A stretch of 64,000 nucleotides of DNA from Rhodosorus marinus CCMP1338 (taxonomy: Eukaryota > Plantae > Rhodophyta). The DNA is taken from contig JAMWBK010000001.1 in the NCBI GenBank assembly GCA_029953675.1, positions 1,488,001 through 1,552,000 of the forward strand. Reading direction: 5' to 3'. Position numbers and translations under genes: made by a program. This document shows, piece by piece, positions 1 through 12,145 of this stretch; position 1 is the first letter of the stretch; each line of letters opens with the position of its first letter. Under the pieces are notes generated by a model. That model had not been told where the DNA came from. It saw only the letters and a list, made by a program, of their open reading frames with translations, and ran no database searches.

Positions 1-18
1 AGTCGAGCGGCGCGGGTT

Positions 19-2620
19 TTGGAGGGCCAGGCGCCTGTCCTCCCCTACGATGATAGTCTCGCCCAGACGGTGTGGTCTTTGTTCCCTGAGTCCGACGTGG
101 ATTTGTCCCCTGAATTCGAGGTATTCTTGGACCGTCCGGAGTTGGCCAGGTTTCGCATCGATCTGACGCTCAGTGAGTCTGACCTGGAGGATTTGCTTCG
201 TACCTCGCGTCGGGGACGCTGTCCCGGACCCTCCGGACTAAGAACAGAGCTATTGCAGGCCCTGAGCCAGCCTGGCAAGAGCGCGCTTCTGAGGTTCCTT
301 AACAAGTTGTTCCAGGGCGTATCGGGTGCGTCTGCGCCATGGGAACATCTCCGGCAGGCGCAGCTTTGCTTGCTCACGAAACCTGACCACCAGCCGGCCC
401 ACCCGCGTCTCCGGCCGATCGGGATGGTGGAGAGCCTACGGAAGTTAGCCGGGAGGTGGCTATGCCAGCGCCTTCGCCAGCGCGTTACAGCTTTTATGGC
501 GCCCTTGCAAGTAGGGGTGGGATTTTCTGGGGGTTGCGAACTGATCACCCATGGGATCGAGCTAGAACGCGCCAGTAGGCCGGAGTGGGGAGTCTTGGTG
601 GTTGATTTCCGGAACGCATTCAACAGCGTGTCGCGGACGCATGCGCTAGAGGTGCTCCGACGGGTGTTTCCGGAGGCGTGGCCGTTTCTATCGGGTATTT
701 ACGGAGGGGAGAGCCTCCCCTACTTGACAACGGAAGGCACTGTTTTTCAAGCACATACTGGCGTCCAACAAGGCGACCCTTGCGGACCTCTTCTTCATGC
801 CTGTGCCCTACAGCTCGTACTTTTACGTCTTTCGACTGAGGTCTCGGATCTTCGAATCTGCGCGTACCACGATGACGTAACATTGCTGGGCACCCCTGAC
901 ACCCTGGCTAGGGGACTGACCGCGATCGAAGCGATTGCACGTCGCGTCGGTTTGACTGTGGAAACAGAAAAATGTCGCTTTCTCCCCCCGAGGGACGTGT
1001 CGCTGACCTCTCTGCCACCCACTCTGCGACTAATCAGCGAACGTGAAGGGTTCGAACACCACGGCGTCGGATTGGGGACTGACAACTTTGTCCAAGCATC
1101 CTGCGAGCGAGTTTTGGCACGGCACAAGCAACTCACCGACGCCATTGAGCATCTACCCGACAGCATGCTGCAATCGGCCTGCTTGCTTTCCCGCTTTTGT
1201 GCCGGTCCCAGACTCAACTACTGGTTGCGCAGCCTGCCTCCAGCTTGGGGCTCGTGGATCGCGGCTAAAGCCGACGAAATGACCCTGCAACACTGGGGAA
1301 CGCTCTTGGATGAGCCCCTCGATCTTGGAGCTGCTCCCGACAGGGACTTTATTCGTGAACAGATCGCTCTACCGTTGCGATTAGGGGGATTCGGCGTCGC
1401 AGACCGTGGGCTGGTATGCTCGCCAGCGGCGGTTGCCTCCTGGGCTACCGCGCCGCGAACGTTGGTGACCTTCCAGATGCGAAGTGTCTGCCTCTTGGCT
1501 CGAGCTTTGACCAACGAGGATCCAGTGACCCTGCCGCCCCCGCTTTTGACAATTTATGATGGTCTTCAACACGCGTTCAGGAGGTGCAACGCCGTGCCGG
1601 ACGCAAATCGGTCCCGCTTTGGTTCCTGGAGGGAGCTGTTATGGGGACGAGCTGAAGCGATTGAGGATTGTCCCCTCGACCGAGTTCTTGCCGATGACGG
1701 AGAGGCTAGCCCCGGGTCCCCTGTTGCAGACTACCCGGGTTTGAGCCGATTGTGGAGCTCCCGCACTGATGTGATTCAACATAGCCTCACCTGGGGCCAA
1801 CACAGTGCCGCTCACACAGTCATGCTCAATTCTCCTCTCACGCCGCCTACCACTGCCGCTCGTCTCCGCGGCATGGGAGGCCACCTCTCGCACTTGTGGT
1901 TAACCACTCTACCGTCGTCATTGAGTCATCGTCTCGATGCTTTCCAGTTCCGTTCTGCCGCACGGATCTATCTCGGTTTGCCACAGGCTCCGTGGCACTC
2001 TAATCGGCCGTCTTTCTGTCAGGGATGTGAGAGCCGGATTAACGCTTGTGGCTACCACTTCCTGGGTTCCTGCGGACTGTTGCGAGGTCTCCGTACGAGG
2101 CGTCACACTCGCCTCAAGTACATCCTCAGCGAATATTTGACTCGGATAGGGCATACGGTTGAGGTTGAGTCGGAACTGCCCAGATCAATCTCGGACTCTG
2201 CACCGCCCCGTTGTATAGCCGATCTCCTCGTCTCCGACGCTACTGCCAGACGCTCAACATATGTGGACCTTGCGATTACCTGCCCCGTGGCCAGCGCCCA
2301 CCTCACCGCAGCCGCCCGCCGCCGGGGGGCCGCGGCTTCAGCCCTTCGAAGAGGTTAAGGAACGACGGTATGCTGAGAGCATGGCCAGTCTGCCTTGCGC
2401 TGAGGGTCGCTCTCACCGGTTCCAGCCATTCATTGTGGAAAGCTTTGGTCACGTGGATAAGTCGGGTTTAGAGTGGTTGCGGAAATGTTTTGCTGAGCAT
2501 CCTACTGAATATTTGGCGCTCTTGAGGCGTTGAAGTGTCTCCCTTTGGCGATATTCCAGCGACATGCTTTCCGAGGCGCGCCATCGGCGCCTGGGGTTGC
2601 ATGCTTCGCGCGCTAGTTAT
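19..2620 (+). pseudogene. Family A RT/Zn-knuckle/RLE ORF with a frameshift and a premature stop near the C-terminus
   Basis: ORF 19-2358 shifts at CGAAGAGGTTAAG (copy at ~23395 reads CGAAGAGCTAAG); continues in the 2261-2533 frame; CGTTGA vs CGTTTA in other copies. Confidence 0.85.
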
Positions 2621-2656
2621 TAGTTCATCTTCACGCCTTGCGTAGCGCTTCAGGCT

Positions 2657-2714
2657 ATGCTAGTAAAGTCCAGTAAAGTCCAGTAAAGCGTATGCAAGTA
2701 AAGTCCAGTAAAGC
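2657..2714 (+). repeat. Family A 3' tail, ~10-bp tandem unit CAGTAAAGTC
   Basis: gctagtaaagtccagtaaagtccagtaaagcgtatgcaagtaaagtccagtaaagc; similar tails at 23695-23744, 39850-39865, 59965-59985. Confidence 0.85.
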
Positions 2715-3599
2715 GTCCACGACTGCGTGCGTCCATACGCCGGGCAAAACAAGAAGCTCAAACAAGGGTAGACAACAAGGAGAGCCGGTCGGGGGGCTCA
2801 CGAATCGATTTGTGCAGTCAATGGGGGCCACTAGCATCCACGAACCCAAAATACCGTAATTTCAAAACGGACCAGCATCCCGATGTCCAGAGTCGATCTA
2901 CGAATTCCACGAGAAGACAACCCCCCCCCCCCCTCGCATTTTTCACTTCTTTGATAAGGTTTTACGGCGTCCTTTAGTAAAGCGTTCACGGCTACGTTAG
3001 TCTGGGGTTCCTGGGGGGAGACAACCCCCTCACCGACATATTTCGCTTCTATGAAGCTGTTGAACGTTTGTTTTTTTTTGCTGTTTCACGTTCCCCCCCT
3101 TTTGCTCGGCCCGCACCGGAGGGCAAAATCTTATCAACACAAAGTATATACAAGAATCTCGCAAAAATAAAAACAAACATGAAACGAACTAAAAAGTAGT
3201 ATTTTTTTGAAACAGCGACGGAGCAAAGAAAGTATATACAAAACTCTCGCAAAAAACGAGAAACGGACTAAAAATAGTATTAAACATTAAAAAATACTCA
3301 CGCGTGCTACAGATATAACAAATGTCAATCACTTTAATTTCTTGAGTTTGCATTTCTTGTACACGTAGTAAATGGGGAATATTATTACGAAAATAGGATC
3401 AATTCACTTCTATGAAAGTATGCCGGGCTGTTCAGCTCTTGAATGAAATTGTTTTTTTTACTGTTTCACGTTCTTTCGTACTTTCTCAGTCCGCACGGGA
3501 GGGTAGAAACTTTTATTAAAAAAGCATATACAAGCCGGTAGGGTCGCTTGTGGAGCCAAAGGGGGGCGCGACCGAAATGCACAAATCGAGGGGACCAGA

Positions 3600-3950
3600 C
3601 CAGGCCGCCCAATGTGTTTCGAATTTCAGGGGAAGCCCGAAGACGAGCATATTTCACCTCTTTGATGAGGTTAGCTTGCCTTAAGGGCTTTGCGTGTGGA
3701 TCAGTCGGACCAACCACTGATCTCTTGTTTTTGTTTTTTATCGTAGCTAGCGACCCCGGATTGCTGGGGTTAAACCCAACCGTCTTCCCTAGATAGGGTT
3801 TGCGCGTTAGGCAGTTGCCCAGTCAAGTCTACTGTTACGTTAGTCTGGGGTACTCCTGGAGAGGGGGTCTAAGTCAGATTGGAGCGAACATAGAGTAGTG
3901 GTATTGCGCTGCTGTAGGTAGCTGCCGAATAAAGGCCACGGGGTTCTAAG
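3600..3950 (+). mobile_element. Two adjacent family F 3'-UTR remnants (F1 then F2)
   Basis: Matches the 3' UTRs of RLE-coding copies at 17030-17260 and 42380-42510/44050-44200; first remnant ends GTTACGTTAGTCTGGGG. Confidence 0.7.
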
Positions 3951-4147
3951 GGGTGACAAAGTCCGTGCAAATTTTTCACTTCTTTGGAAGTATGCGGGCT
4001 TGTGCAACTGTTGAACGAATTTTTTTTTTGGACTGCTTTCACGTTTTCCCCTTGCAGCCCACCGCGAAGGTAGAATCTTATCTCAAAAAGTATATTACAA
4101 AAATCTGACAAAAATAAATACTAAAGACGTGCTAAAAAGTAGTAGAC

Positions 4148-4177
4148 TTTCAGCCTCCGATTAAACCATTCATTCAT
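4148..4177 (+). mobile_element. Family B extreme 3' end remnant
   Basis: tttcagcctccgattaaaccattcattcat is identical to the B terminus at ~28955-28980 apart from the tail. Confidence 0.7.
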
Positions 4178-6159
4178 TTTTAAAGGACTCAACGCGTTAA
4201 AGGCTCGAAACTGATCCTATTTTCGTCAACACGAAATGCTTAGGTGCTCGAACGCGACAGCGAGATCAATGTATGTGGGACGCCGGCTATCCAGTAGATT
4301 GGCCATTCAGCGCTCATCATTTTGGGAGTCCGCGACAGCAGCGGCTTCTCACGTCCAATTTCAAGACCAGTTTGCCGGACGATATTACGAATTTCACTGT
4401 ATATCAAGTTCAAAATCCGCGTTTGAGCACCTTAGCACTTCGTATACACGTAGTGGATGCCGAATATGACGAAAATAGGATCAATTTCGAACCTGATAGG
4501 AGCTGAACACAAGTACTCTTCGCTCCCTGTCGAGAACATATCCGTATTGCGCGAGCTCAATGTCTGTACAATTGACATTGGTGTAGAGATGGATATTAAG
4601 CCCTTTATACGTTCCAAAACCGAAAAATACCAGCATCTTCTCGAAAATCTGTTGTTTATGGGGAGGTATGTGACCCCAAAGAGTTGATAGCAAACGTGTA
4701 CAATCGAAGCGACCCCCTTCACCATGAAGACTTTTTCAGAGTTGTTGATACAATGCCATCCTAGCACATGGCCCTGGAACGTGTTGATGAGAAACAAAAT
4801 GGGCGTGCAAACTCTAGGATGGAAGCTAACCTGTTGAATCAAGACACACGCGTGTATACCATGAAATGACTTCGAAGCATGAGTCTGATGCCAATATCAG
4901 CCAAGATCGTTTGTCATCCTAGTGAGGGAGACTCTTAAGATAAAAAGCAATAAGAGACATATAAGAAACAGGAAACAGGTACAAAAACACCTACTTTGTC
5001 CACAAAGATGTCAACGTCATTATGAGAATCTTCTTCTCTAATACCTTTCATCCAATGAACGAATTGCTTATCGCCCAACACTACAATCACTTTAGTTCTG
5101 GGCTGACCAGGTTTTTTTCAACTCAGCGGTCATGACGACACTCTGCCCTATAAAAATTATAAAAAGTTATGAAAAGGGTATACAAAACGAGTAAAAACAT
5201 AAAAGTTAAAAATGTATTTAAAAGTATGACACGGGATTGATAATAAGCAAATTCGTTCATTGGATGAAGAGAGTTAGAGTAGAAGATTCTCATCATGACG
5301 TTGATATCCCGACTCTTTGGAGTCATACCTCCCCATGAAATATTTTTTTCTTTTTTTTTCGAGGAAGGTGGAAGGCATTTTTCGATTCTGGAACGTATTA
5401 TGAAGGGCTTAATATCGATCTCTACACCAACGTCGATTGTAGCTCACGCAATACAGATGTTGCGCAGTATGGAGCGAAAAGTAGTTGTGTCCAACCCCTT
5501 AACAGGTTCGAAACTGATCCTATTTTTTCGTCATATTCAGCACTCAATACGGGTCTACAAAGTGCAAACCCAACAGCTAAAGATGTTGACATTTGACTAG
5601 CTGAACAGTACGTGTGAGTACTTTTTAATGCTTTCTACTACTTTTTAGAGGGTCTTTACTATTTTATTTATTTTTGTGAGGCTTTTGTATGTACTTTTTT
5701 GATAAGATTCTACTCCCCTGGTGTTGGGCATTCGTTCGGTGTTGGGCTGAGCGACGGGAAATGTGAAACAGTAAAAAAAAACAATTTCATCCGACTTAGA
5801 CTCCACCTGGGTCTCACCCATCCCTACAACTAGTTTTTTTGCCGGACAACGCTTCACCCGGTGCCCGGGTTAATGACCCCCAAAGCACCTCCTCTGCCTC
5901 CAGTCTTCACTCCGGTTGTCCAGACGAACAGAGGTCACTTCCCTGACCTCGGTCACACGTTCCCAGGTTCTTCAGAGAGAGCGTCCCAACTAGACTGCCT
6001 TCGACGGTCTTCATAGGGACCCACCCATACCGTACTATGCCGTACTATGAGCGTGTTGTGCAGGACGCGGATCAGCGCCACCTGCGTCTGTTGATTCGCG
6101 CCTTGCACCTATTCTCTGCACGGAGTCCAAAAGGTTGGCCACATGATATATTTCCTCGT

Positions 6160-6350
6160 AACCGTAAGCTTTACTGGGCAGCTGCCTACTGCAGCGCAAC
6201 ACTACGTCTAATCCTATCTAGGCAGAAACTTACTGGAACCCCGCTACCGGGGTCTCATGCTACGTTCAAAAGAAAAAACAGGCACCAGCGGATTCTCCAA
6301 CTGGTCCACGCGCAAAGCGCCTAATGCTATCTCTGCGTTACCAAAAAAAA
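6160..6350 (-). mobile_element. Family F1 3'-UTR remnant
   Basis: Near-identical to 17040-17222. Confidence 0.8.
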
Positions 6351-6399
6351 AGCTTCTGAGACAGAACTTGAACTGGACTCGCACGGCCAAAAAAAATAA

Positions 6400-7510
6400 A
6401 AGCAAAACTGACCAATCTGGACATGTCGAGGCTCTCTGTTCTCAGGACAAACCTCTTGCCGAGGCCTTTGTATCCAATAAGAGGACGGCGTTTTGGAATC
6501 TGGTGCTGAGGGAAGCCGCCAGAAAACAGATATGGTTAATGGTCTTGTGTCTTTTGGGGGGATGCCATCGACTAGGAACATGCCCTACTTTGGACCAACA
6601 TCACAATGCTCCTGCATGGAGAGTATAAAGTATACACCAGTACGGCGTTGTGGAGGGATTTGTGGAGGGATTTGTGGATTGGAAAGCCTCGTTCACGAAA
6701 AAGACCTTGCTCTTTGTTTTGTGTTTTTTTTGGAGGGTAGCCTTACTTTGGAACAACACTCGACATCCATTTCAGAGAGCTTTCAGAACGGCTCCTTCGA
6801 TAGAGATATTCAAGAGAACGATGCACCCGCTCTCTTCCACAAGTATGTTGGATTTTCAATCTCTCCCTGGCGGAGATCCTTCGCATTTCCAGAATCGGTG
6901 CTGGGAATTTCGGATACGCTTTGTGTGGAGAGAAGAAATCACGCATATTTTTCCCGAAAACCCAGTAAAATTCGGTGGCAGGCAGCTTTTGGTTCGATGT
7001 ACAACCATGTCCAAAGGTTGGCGATATGATACGTTTGGTAAAAAGAATTCGTTCGAGATAGAAATTCGTACCGTAAAAGAAAAAGGGACAAAAATGATCT
7101 TGTCGAGGCCTCTGTCGCCAGGAGGTTTGGAGGCGCTCCTGCTGAGGGGAGCCTCGTCGTCCAAAAAAACAGATGTAGTTGATGGCCTTGTGGTTTCTTT
7201 TTTTTTGCAAGCCATCGGAACATGCCCTACTTTGGACCTATAGCACAATATCCCTCGATGTAGACAAAAGCCGTCACCGATCTGGAGAGTTTTTTGGAGA
7301 GGCTCCTTCGATCGAGGCAATGCGGGGAGCGAGGCTCCCACTCTCTTCAACAAGTACGGGGGATCTTCCGATTTTCCATAGAGCCCTTCCTCCCCTGACA
7401 GAGCCCGGAAGGTCTATCAAAGCAACTTCCAAAAGACGGAATCTTCCGATTTTTCGTAACTGGTTTTTAGAAAAGTCCTCCGAAACAGTGAGTCTTCCGA
7501 TTTTCCGTCG
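6400..7510. repeat. Degenerate internally repetitive non-coding region
   Basis: GGAACATGCCCTACTTTGGAC at ~6575 and ~7217; TGGAGGGATTTG tandem at 6650-6680; TCTTCCGATTTT three times in 7365-7505. Confidence 0.55.
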
Positions 7511-7846
7511 ATGTTCCCCCAACCCCCCCCCCCCCTCCCCGGCTTCCTCCGGGGTGGCTCTACCAAGTAAGGCCCCGCAAGGCTGGAAAACCTGACCCAC
7601 CGTGGGATGGGATCAAACACCAGAAACTCGTATACTAGCCTGAAGCGCTACGCAAGGCGGGCTGTGGGGTGGGAGGCATATTGCTTGTATAAAGCGAGAG
7701 CACAGGCGTGGAGAGGGCCGCAAACGGGAGGCGCTAGGCTGGTGGTTTTTTTCGTGGCATACGGTGGTTTAGTCTGGTTTTGGAAAAAATTGGACCTCGG
7801 GCCTTGTGCTTTTCGTTGGTGTTTTGTTGTGTGGAATCAGCAAAAA

Positions 7847-10800
7847 ATGGTTGCTCTTAGGGGTTGTTGGTCACCTCTGGTTTTGTTGCTTCTGCTTGTG
7901 GCATCGAGATACTGTTCTTCTCTGAAGATGAAGGACTTCTGGAGGAAGAATGCCCAGCCCAGTTGCTCAACCTTTTTGTCCAGTGCTGACGTCGCCCGGC
8001 TTGGTGAGGATGGGGAGGTATGTGTAGACCTTTCCACAACTCCGTTTGATCGCCGTCGGCGTCCAGACCTTCCAGAAGTAATGGGAAGTGCCTGCGCAAC
8101 CTTGAACGAAGACAGGGACCAACTGGAAGTCAAGTTCCAAATACTTGATGGGGTTGGGGGTGACTTTGTGCTCAAGAGGACTCAGGGAGGTGTGTATATT
8201 AGGAAATCACATATTCCACGCAGCACCTCCCGAGCGTACAAGAAGAGTGTCTGGCATACCGGCCATGTGACAGAAGCCACCATGAGTTTCGACTTGACAA
8301 GCGTCCGCCACGATTGTTGCTCCAAGGGAATCCTGCTAGTCTTGAGAGCGATCGTTTATCCGAAATCAAATCCGAGATCCCGCTTTTTCCTCTACCCAGC
8401 TGAAGATGACAGCGGGACTTGCAAGAGAAACTATCGGAGCCGTGTGAGAACGTGCGTACTGGATGTTTCTTGCGAAGAAGATGAATGTGCAGCTCCCGAC
8501 GTGGACGCAACAACGTGTGTTCGAGCCATTTGCCCGGATACAACTTCTTCCGTCGGACCGGTTGTCTGTGATATTATCAATCAGTCCGTAGATACACCGT
8601 GTACTTTGTTTGGAGACTCGGGAGTACGTTTTTCAAATCAGCACTGCCTTGCTGAGCCTTCTGAAAATTTAGTCTTGGGGTTGCTCTATCTCTAGACATG
8701 GCAGTCGGACACTGCCGGAAACCATTGTGTCTGTGAACCCAACAACACCCCGGCGCCTTGTATTCTAGAAGGCGTGAATGTTGAGATCTTTCCAGGCGAT
8801 CGATGCTTTTTTGCAACGAACCCAAGTGAAATGGCCATTCGCACTTCCGCAAACGGTGAATGCGAGTGTACCGGGGATCCTCAGGCGGTCGTTTGTGGGC
8901 AAAGCTTGACTGGAGCGGAATGCCTTAGTAATTCCAATGCACCCGGGGTACGCGATTTTGCTGATTTTTTGGGAAGGTTTCCTGGACCGGTTGGTGCTCA
9001 CCTGATCCCTACTCGTATTTTGTCAAAATGAAGGTGTTCTTGAATATCGGGGTAAATGCCCAGGGTGGAGTAGAGGTAGGTCAGTGCAGAAAGAGAACCT
9101 ATCGAAGAGGAAGAACACACCTCATAATCGGACCGTGAACGTCTCCAACGGACTGCCAACAGTGCGTTTGCACAGGAGCCTGTGAATATCTCACCAACCC
9201 GGTATCGAATCCGAGTGCTGTTGCTGTTGGTCACATTGGACAAGAATGCAGCGCAGAGCTAGCTGGTTCGGATGTGAAACCTCCAGGGGTAAGTTATCCA
9301 CGCGCATATGAAAAGGTGTTGGAGGCCGAATAGTGTGTGTCTACTGAAGCTTCTCTTCATGGACTCCTCCGCTTTTGCCCTAGGTACTCGTTGACTCCAG
9401 ATTGGGAACCTGCTCCTGCCAGCCATTGGATTGGGCGCTCGATCTCCAGTGTGAGTTTGAGGAAATAGATTCTGACGGGTCCGTAAGTGTCGAGGAGGAC
9501 CGTGTCTATGAAGGATGTAGGATCGGTGGTAACACTCGAGGAGTGAGCAATCCAAAACACAAGCCGTGCTGACAAGACGAAGCGACATGGAGCAACAGCT
9601 CACCCTGTCTTTACTTCTGGGTTTCTAGGTCCTGATTCCGTCGAACGCGGATCCAGCTGTTTGTGACTGTGTACCGAGAGAGTCTTGTCAGTGTCCCTAT
9701 GGTCAGACGTGCCAGTATGCCGGTATGAATCCTGGCGATTCGTGCCAGACCGAGTTTGGCAATGGGGTATGGCCAGAAAGATAACAATTTCAACGAAATT
9801 TCCTGGCTTTTGGGAATTCTTACCAGTTCACGTGTCTGCCATAGTTCCTAGCACAAAGATCCGATAATGGTGGGTGCAATTGCAGAATCAATTGTGAGCT
9901 GGATTCACCTTGTGACGGGGACTGTGACGATTACACGTTTGGCTCATGTGAGATCAACGGCGTGAGAGGGGTAGGCGTCGTGAACCCGTTCGGAGACCTT
10001 GCCCATAAAGCTCTTCTAACTAGATAATTTTGTACGCCCGGGGAGTTAGTTTGTAATACCAACTTCAGAGGCTGGCGTATGCACTTGTGAGTTCTGTGAT
10101 CCTGGCCAGTGTGGGTATCCTGACCTTGGATGCATTCACGAAGGATCATCATGCACTGATCTTTCTGGTCGAGCGGACGTAAGTATATATAGAATCTGCG
10201 GGCTAGCTCTAGAAGCTCACGTACCCATGTGATATTTTTCTGCGCCATTCAAAATCTTTGCAAAGGTCCTCCTCCGCGACGTTGAGACAAGATGTACTTG
10301 TGGTTGTGACTTACGCATCGGATCCCAATTTTTGAGGAGGTCATCCGCCGGAAAAGCTTGTGGTCTAGATTTAGCCACTGGCGTGGTACGTCGGAGATAT
10401 CCAGTTGAATGTGCGGTTTGAGATGGACCCAGATGTTTTCCTCACATTTCTCGCCCTCTCTCGACACATGCGCAACACAGGTCGTGACTGGAAGCTCTAC
10501 TGGCTCGTGTGGTTGCCAAGTACAGAATTGCACTTCTTCAACCTGTCAGGGACCCGATTGTGAACCATTCGATGGCGTGATAGGAGAGACATGCGAATCA
10601 GAAACCGGCGTGAGTCGAAAATCTTCTAGTCGAAATATTCGATATCCAAAGTGATCGTCCCCTTTGACGCTTGTCCTGTTCTTAAACACCCGAGTGCAGA
10701 TCATCAAAATTCTTCCAGACGGTAGTTGCAAGTGTGAAAAGATTTGTAAGACGATCAACTGCGGCGACGGACAGGAAGATTGCACAGAGGAAGATTTCAT

Positions 10801-11525
10801 AGCAATTGTTGGCGATGTATGCTTTTCAAGCGGAGTGGGGGTTAGTGGATTTCTGGATTTTCAGACGCAAACGCTTGAGAATTAGACGGCTAACTTTCCT
10901 CTATATACTTTCCAACCAGGTCCTAGAACCTTCTTCAGATGTCGATGGTGAGTGTGACTGCGTTTCGATAACTTCGACAACCTGCGTTTTTGAGAGCGGA
11001 ACGCGGCTACCGCAGGCGGAGTTTCTAACGGGCGTGGCCGCTGGCAGTCCCGGCGATTCATGTACTGTATCCAGCGCACTCGGGGTAGGGAAGAAATTCG
11101 ACAAACTCCGACCTCGACAGCCTTTCGAAATGTGCTCACCTGCAAAGTACGATGCTTGGCGAACAGGTGGTCACCGGTGAGAATTCTGATCCTTTTTGCT
11201 TGTGCGAGCCGTTGTGTAAGGAAACATGCTTCCCAGTAGGTTGTGATACCTCATACGGTGTGTGCGACCCTGAGGCGCCCAACACAGTTGTCGGTGCGCG
11301 ATGTATCACAAGCTCTGAATCACATGGGGTAAGTGTATGAATATGACGATAGGTGCTGCCCAGTATAACAATCTACGATTTTTTTCCGGCCATATTGCTC
11401 TTTTGCTGCACATCGTGCCTAGTGCTCCCCGGCTAAAGCGCTCGTATGTCCTTTTCATTGGAATTTAGACCTACAAGTATGTATCAGGATCGAGCGGTTT
11501 TTGTGAGTGTGTTTCATCGGGATAG
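7847..11525 (+). CDS. Secreted multi-exon protein: signal peptide, uncharacterised N-terminal domain, ~13 Cys-rich modules
   Basis: MVALRGCWSPLVLLLLLVAS signal peptide. Phase-0 GT-AG introns inferred at 8948-9033, 9289-9383, 9543-9628, 9767-9844, 9971-10049, 10179-10265, 10386-10480, 10610-10699, 10841-10919, 11085-11166, 11329-11468. The exons between them are open and multiples of 3. 8672-8695 and 9034-9162 are ambiguous. Confidence 0.8.
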
Positions 11526-11686
11526 TTTCGCAAACTCCAGATTCGGGCAGGGAAGATGGGACAACGATCATAACGCGGACGATGACTCAAAAGAGTCCAG
11601 CGCCTCATAATCTACAGGAGTTGCCGTAAACGTAGCTCATGAGTTATACAAATAGAATGACTAGTTGCGTAGCGATGCGCAGATCG

Positions 11687-11826
11687 TTGTTTATCCGCTT
11701 AAGTTTCCTGCTGTGGCGCATGAATGCCGCTTTGATGTTGGAGGCGCGAGTTCTTCGCCGCACTTAGTCTTTTTTTCCCCTCGGGTTTTTTTTTTTCAGC
11801 CTCCGATTAAACCATTCGTCGTCGTC
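11687..11826 (+). mobile_element. 5'-truncated family B insertion with GATCG target duplication
   Basis: GATCG at 11682-11686 and 11827-11831; empty paralogous site gcgcagatcgatgcgg at 18851-18866. Confidence 0.85.
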
Positions 11827-11849
11827 GATCGATGCGGTTGCACGTAGTC

Positions 11850-12145
11850 GCCAGTAAAAACTAGTTGGGGGTTTTGAGATGTTTTTCGGTTGCAATTTGA
11901 TCCATATTTGGTCCGAGAGTGTTCTTCGTAGAAGGCGCACCTTCTGACTGCCTTCCCCCGGCTTTTTTCGGGTTTTGTTGCCTGTTGATGGTGAATCCTA
12001 CCTTCTTACCTTCGGGTTCGATCCTGGGTTTTCGGTCTTGTGGCGTTAGGTTGTGGGGTTTTTTTGGTCGGGTTCCGTTTCATAACATATTTTCGTGATG
12101 GCCGGGGTCCCTCCGCTCTCCACTCCCGAGGGCGCGGAGATCGCG
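11850..12145 (+). mobile_element. Family A 5' UTR fragment
   Basis: High similarity to 18890-19165. Confidence 0.75.

Larger units (their letters stand above)
1..2714 (+). mobile_element. CRE-clade non-LTR retrotransposon, family A (5' part outside window), ending in a tandem tail
   Basis: RT motifs RPIGM, VDFRNAFN, GVQQGDP, YHDD; CxxC...H...C knuckle; RHxxL; RLE-type DL...D...K; 3' UTR followed by (CAGTAAAGTC)-like repeats. Confidence 0.9.
3030..5790. repeat. AT-rich foldback region: direct copies at 3030-3530 plus a ~1.8-kb imperfect palindrome (about 3970-5790)
   Basis: 5008-5071 is the reverse complement of 5243-5306; 4430-4700 pairs with 5300-5560; 3990-4145 pairs with 5635-5790. Confidence 0.8.

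Noticed and set aside
6493-7600. Overlapping 130-200-aa ORFs as genes
   Set aside because: Occur on both strands of a degenerate repeat, with low-complexity Phe/Lys-rich translations and no recognisable motif.
7607-7846. Listed ORF start at 7607 (also 55714, 31325, 48679, 24378)
   Set aside because: Downstream ATGs give clean signal peptides or homologous starts (7847, 55828, 31346, 48700, 24492).
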